Below, piece by piece: positions 1 to 338 of a stretch of DNA of 338 nucleotides. How positions within the stretch are numbered: position 1 is the first letter of the stretch; each line of letters opens with the position of its first letter. Under the pieces are notes generated by a model that was given only the letters and a program-made list of their open reading frames with translations, searched no databases and had not been told where the DNA came from. The translations under genes were made by a program, and so were the position numbers. This DNA is from a phage: sequence record AH003526.2; one strand, 5' to 3'.

Positions 1-110
1 GGGGATACGTGCCCCTCCCCACCTACCACCGCCCCTAACATTTTTATTTCCGTCTGTCAATAGCCCCTGCATCCGATAGGCCCGAACTATCACAAACGGA
101 AAAGCGATAG
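1..110. repeat. Left arm of a 110-bp perfect inverted repeat (partner 229-338)
   Basis: Seen directly: every base i in 1-110 is the complement of base 339-i (manual check, 110/110). The arm may continue left of the window, since the match is still perfect at position 1. Confidence 0.95.
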
Positions 111-113
111 CCC
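58..113 (+). repeat. Cluster of three direct 9-bp repeats C(A/G)ATAG(G/C)CC plus one inverted GATAG core; function unknown
   Basis: Seen directly: caatagccc (58-66), cgataggcc (74-82) and cgatagccc (105-113), each differing from the others at no more than 2 of 9 positions. An inverted core ctatc lies at 87-91. Start-to-start spacing is 16 and 31 bp. The confidence is for the existence of the repeat pattern, not for any function. Confidence 0.6.
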
Positions 114-119
114 AAAACA

Positions 120-219
120 NNNNNNNNNNNNNNNNNNNNNNNNNNNNNNNNNNNNNNNNNNNNNNNNNNNNNNNNNNNNNNNNNNNNNNNNNNNNNNNNN
201 NNNNNNNNNNNNNNNNNNN
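120..219. other. Unresolved gap: run of exactly 100 N
   Basis: Seen directly. A run of exactly 100 N is the usual placeholder for a scaffold gap of unknown length, so the true distance and sequence between the arms are unknown. Confidence 0.95.
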
Positions 220-225
220 ATTTTA

Positions 226-281
226 TTCCTATCGCTTTTCCGTTTGTGATAGTTCGGGCCTATCGGATGCAGGGGCTATTG
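226..281 (-). repeat. Mirror-image copy of the 9-bp motif cluster in the right arm
   Basis: Seen directly on the + strand: gggctattg (273-281), ggcctatcg (257-265) and ttcctatcg (226-234), with the inverted core gatag at 248-252. The innermost copy keeps the CGATAG core, but its flank reads GAA on the minus strand where the left-arm copy has CCC, because it crosses the boundary of the inverted repeat. Confidence 0.6.
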
Positions 282-338
282 ACAGACGGAAATAAAAATG
301 TTAGGGGCGGTGGTAGGTGGGGAGGGGCACGTATCCCC
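229..338. repeat. Right arm of the 110-bp perfect inverted repeat (partner 1-110)
   Basis: Seen directly: exact reverse complement of 1-110. Complementarity ends at the 111/228 pair. The arm may continue right of the window. Confidence 0.95.
304..327 (+). other. G-rich tract with six G-runs; possible two-tetrad G-quadruplex or other non-B DNA (mirror C-rich tract at 12-35, G-rich on the minus strand)
   Basis: Seen directly: GGGG (304-307), GG (309-310), GG (312-313), GG (316-317), GGGG (319-322), GGGG (324-327). It does not fit the canonical pattern of four G3+ runs with loops of 7 nt or less, so any quadruplex would need GG runs. This is structural potential only. Confidence 0.3.

Noticed and set aside
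1-45. A possible intrinsic terminator: the small hairpin GGGG-atacgtg-CCCC (1-15, mirrored at 324-338) and the T-tract at 41-45.
   Set aside because: The T-run is about 25 nt from the hairpin, not directly after it, and the stem is only 4 bp. The geometry does not fit a rho-independent terminator.
58-113. A CRISPR array or tandem-repeat locus, suggested by the repeated 9-bp motif.
   Set aside because: The repeat units are 9 bp with irregular 16- and 31-bp spacing, far shorter than CRISPR repeats, and the intervening sequence is not spacer-like. No repeat unit of CRISPR length is present.
279-307. A perfect sigma70 -35 consensus TTGACA at 279-284 (mirrored on the minus strand at 55-60), which would give outward-facing promoters in both arms.
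   Set aside because: No acceptable -10 hexamer lies 16-18 bp downstream: 302-307 is TAGGGG. The A-rich TAAAAAT at 293-299 is only about 8 bp from the -35. A single hexamer match is expected by chance.
222-338. Open reading frames running outward through the right arm: frame 3 is stop-free from 222 to the window edge (39 codons, internal ATG at 267-269), and an ATG at 298-300 follows a weak GGA 7 nt upstream. Identical frames exist on the minus strand of the left arm (starts mirrored at 70-72 and 39-41, running toward position 1).
   Set aside because: About 39 stop-free codons in one of three frames is not unusual by chance. The mirrored frames are a direct consequence of the palindrome rather than independent evidence. 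There is no convincing Shine-Dalgarno sequence, and the frames run off the window, so no product can be assigned.
1-338. A tRNA, rRNA or other structured RNA gene.
   Set aside because: I see no cloverleaf-compatible arrangement or conserved rRNA motif. The only strong secondary structure is the global palindrome itself, which is a DNA-level feature.
1-338. Assigning the palindrome to a specific known hairpin-telomere family (Borrelia, phage N15 telRL or poxvirus type).
   Set aside because: I cannot match the sequence to any of these from memory, and known hairpin telomeres are generally shorter or more AT-rich. Hairpin telomere stays as one generic possibility without a family assignment.

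Overview
This 338-bp window has 100 unresolved bases (N, 120-219) and 238 resolved bases that form one long inverted repeat. Checked base by base, positions 1-110 are the exact reverse complement of 229-338 (110/110). The 9 bases next to the gap on each side (111-119 and 220-228) are not complementary (3/9). I cannot support any protein-coding gene, rRNA, tRNA, CRISPR array or recognisable mobile-element gene: the resolved sequence is too short, and every open frame in one arm is automatically mirrored on the opposite strand of the other arm. Within each arm there is a cluster of a 9-bp motif C-R-A-T-A-G-S-C-C (three direct copies plus one inverted GATAG core) and a G-rich/C-rich outer tract. 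I do not recognise the organism or locus. The main open question is whether this is a genuine hairpin-capable structure (hairpin telomere, foldback or MITE-like element, or a segment bounded by long inverted repeats) or an assembly/scaffolding artefact. Nothing in this window supports a novel protein-based system.
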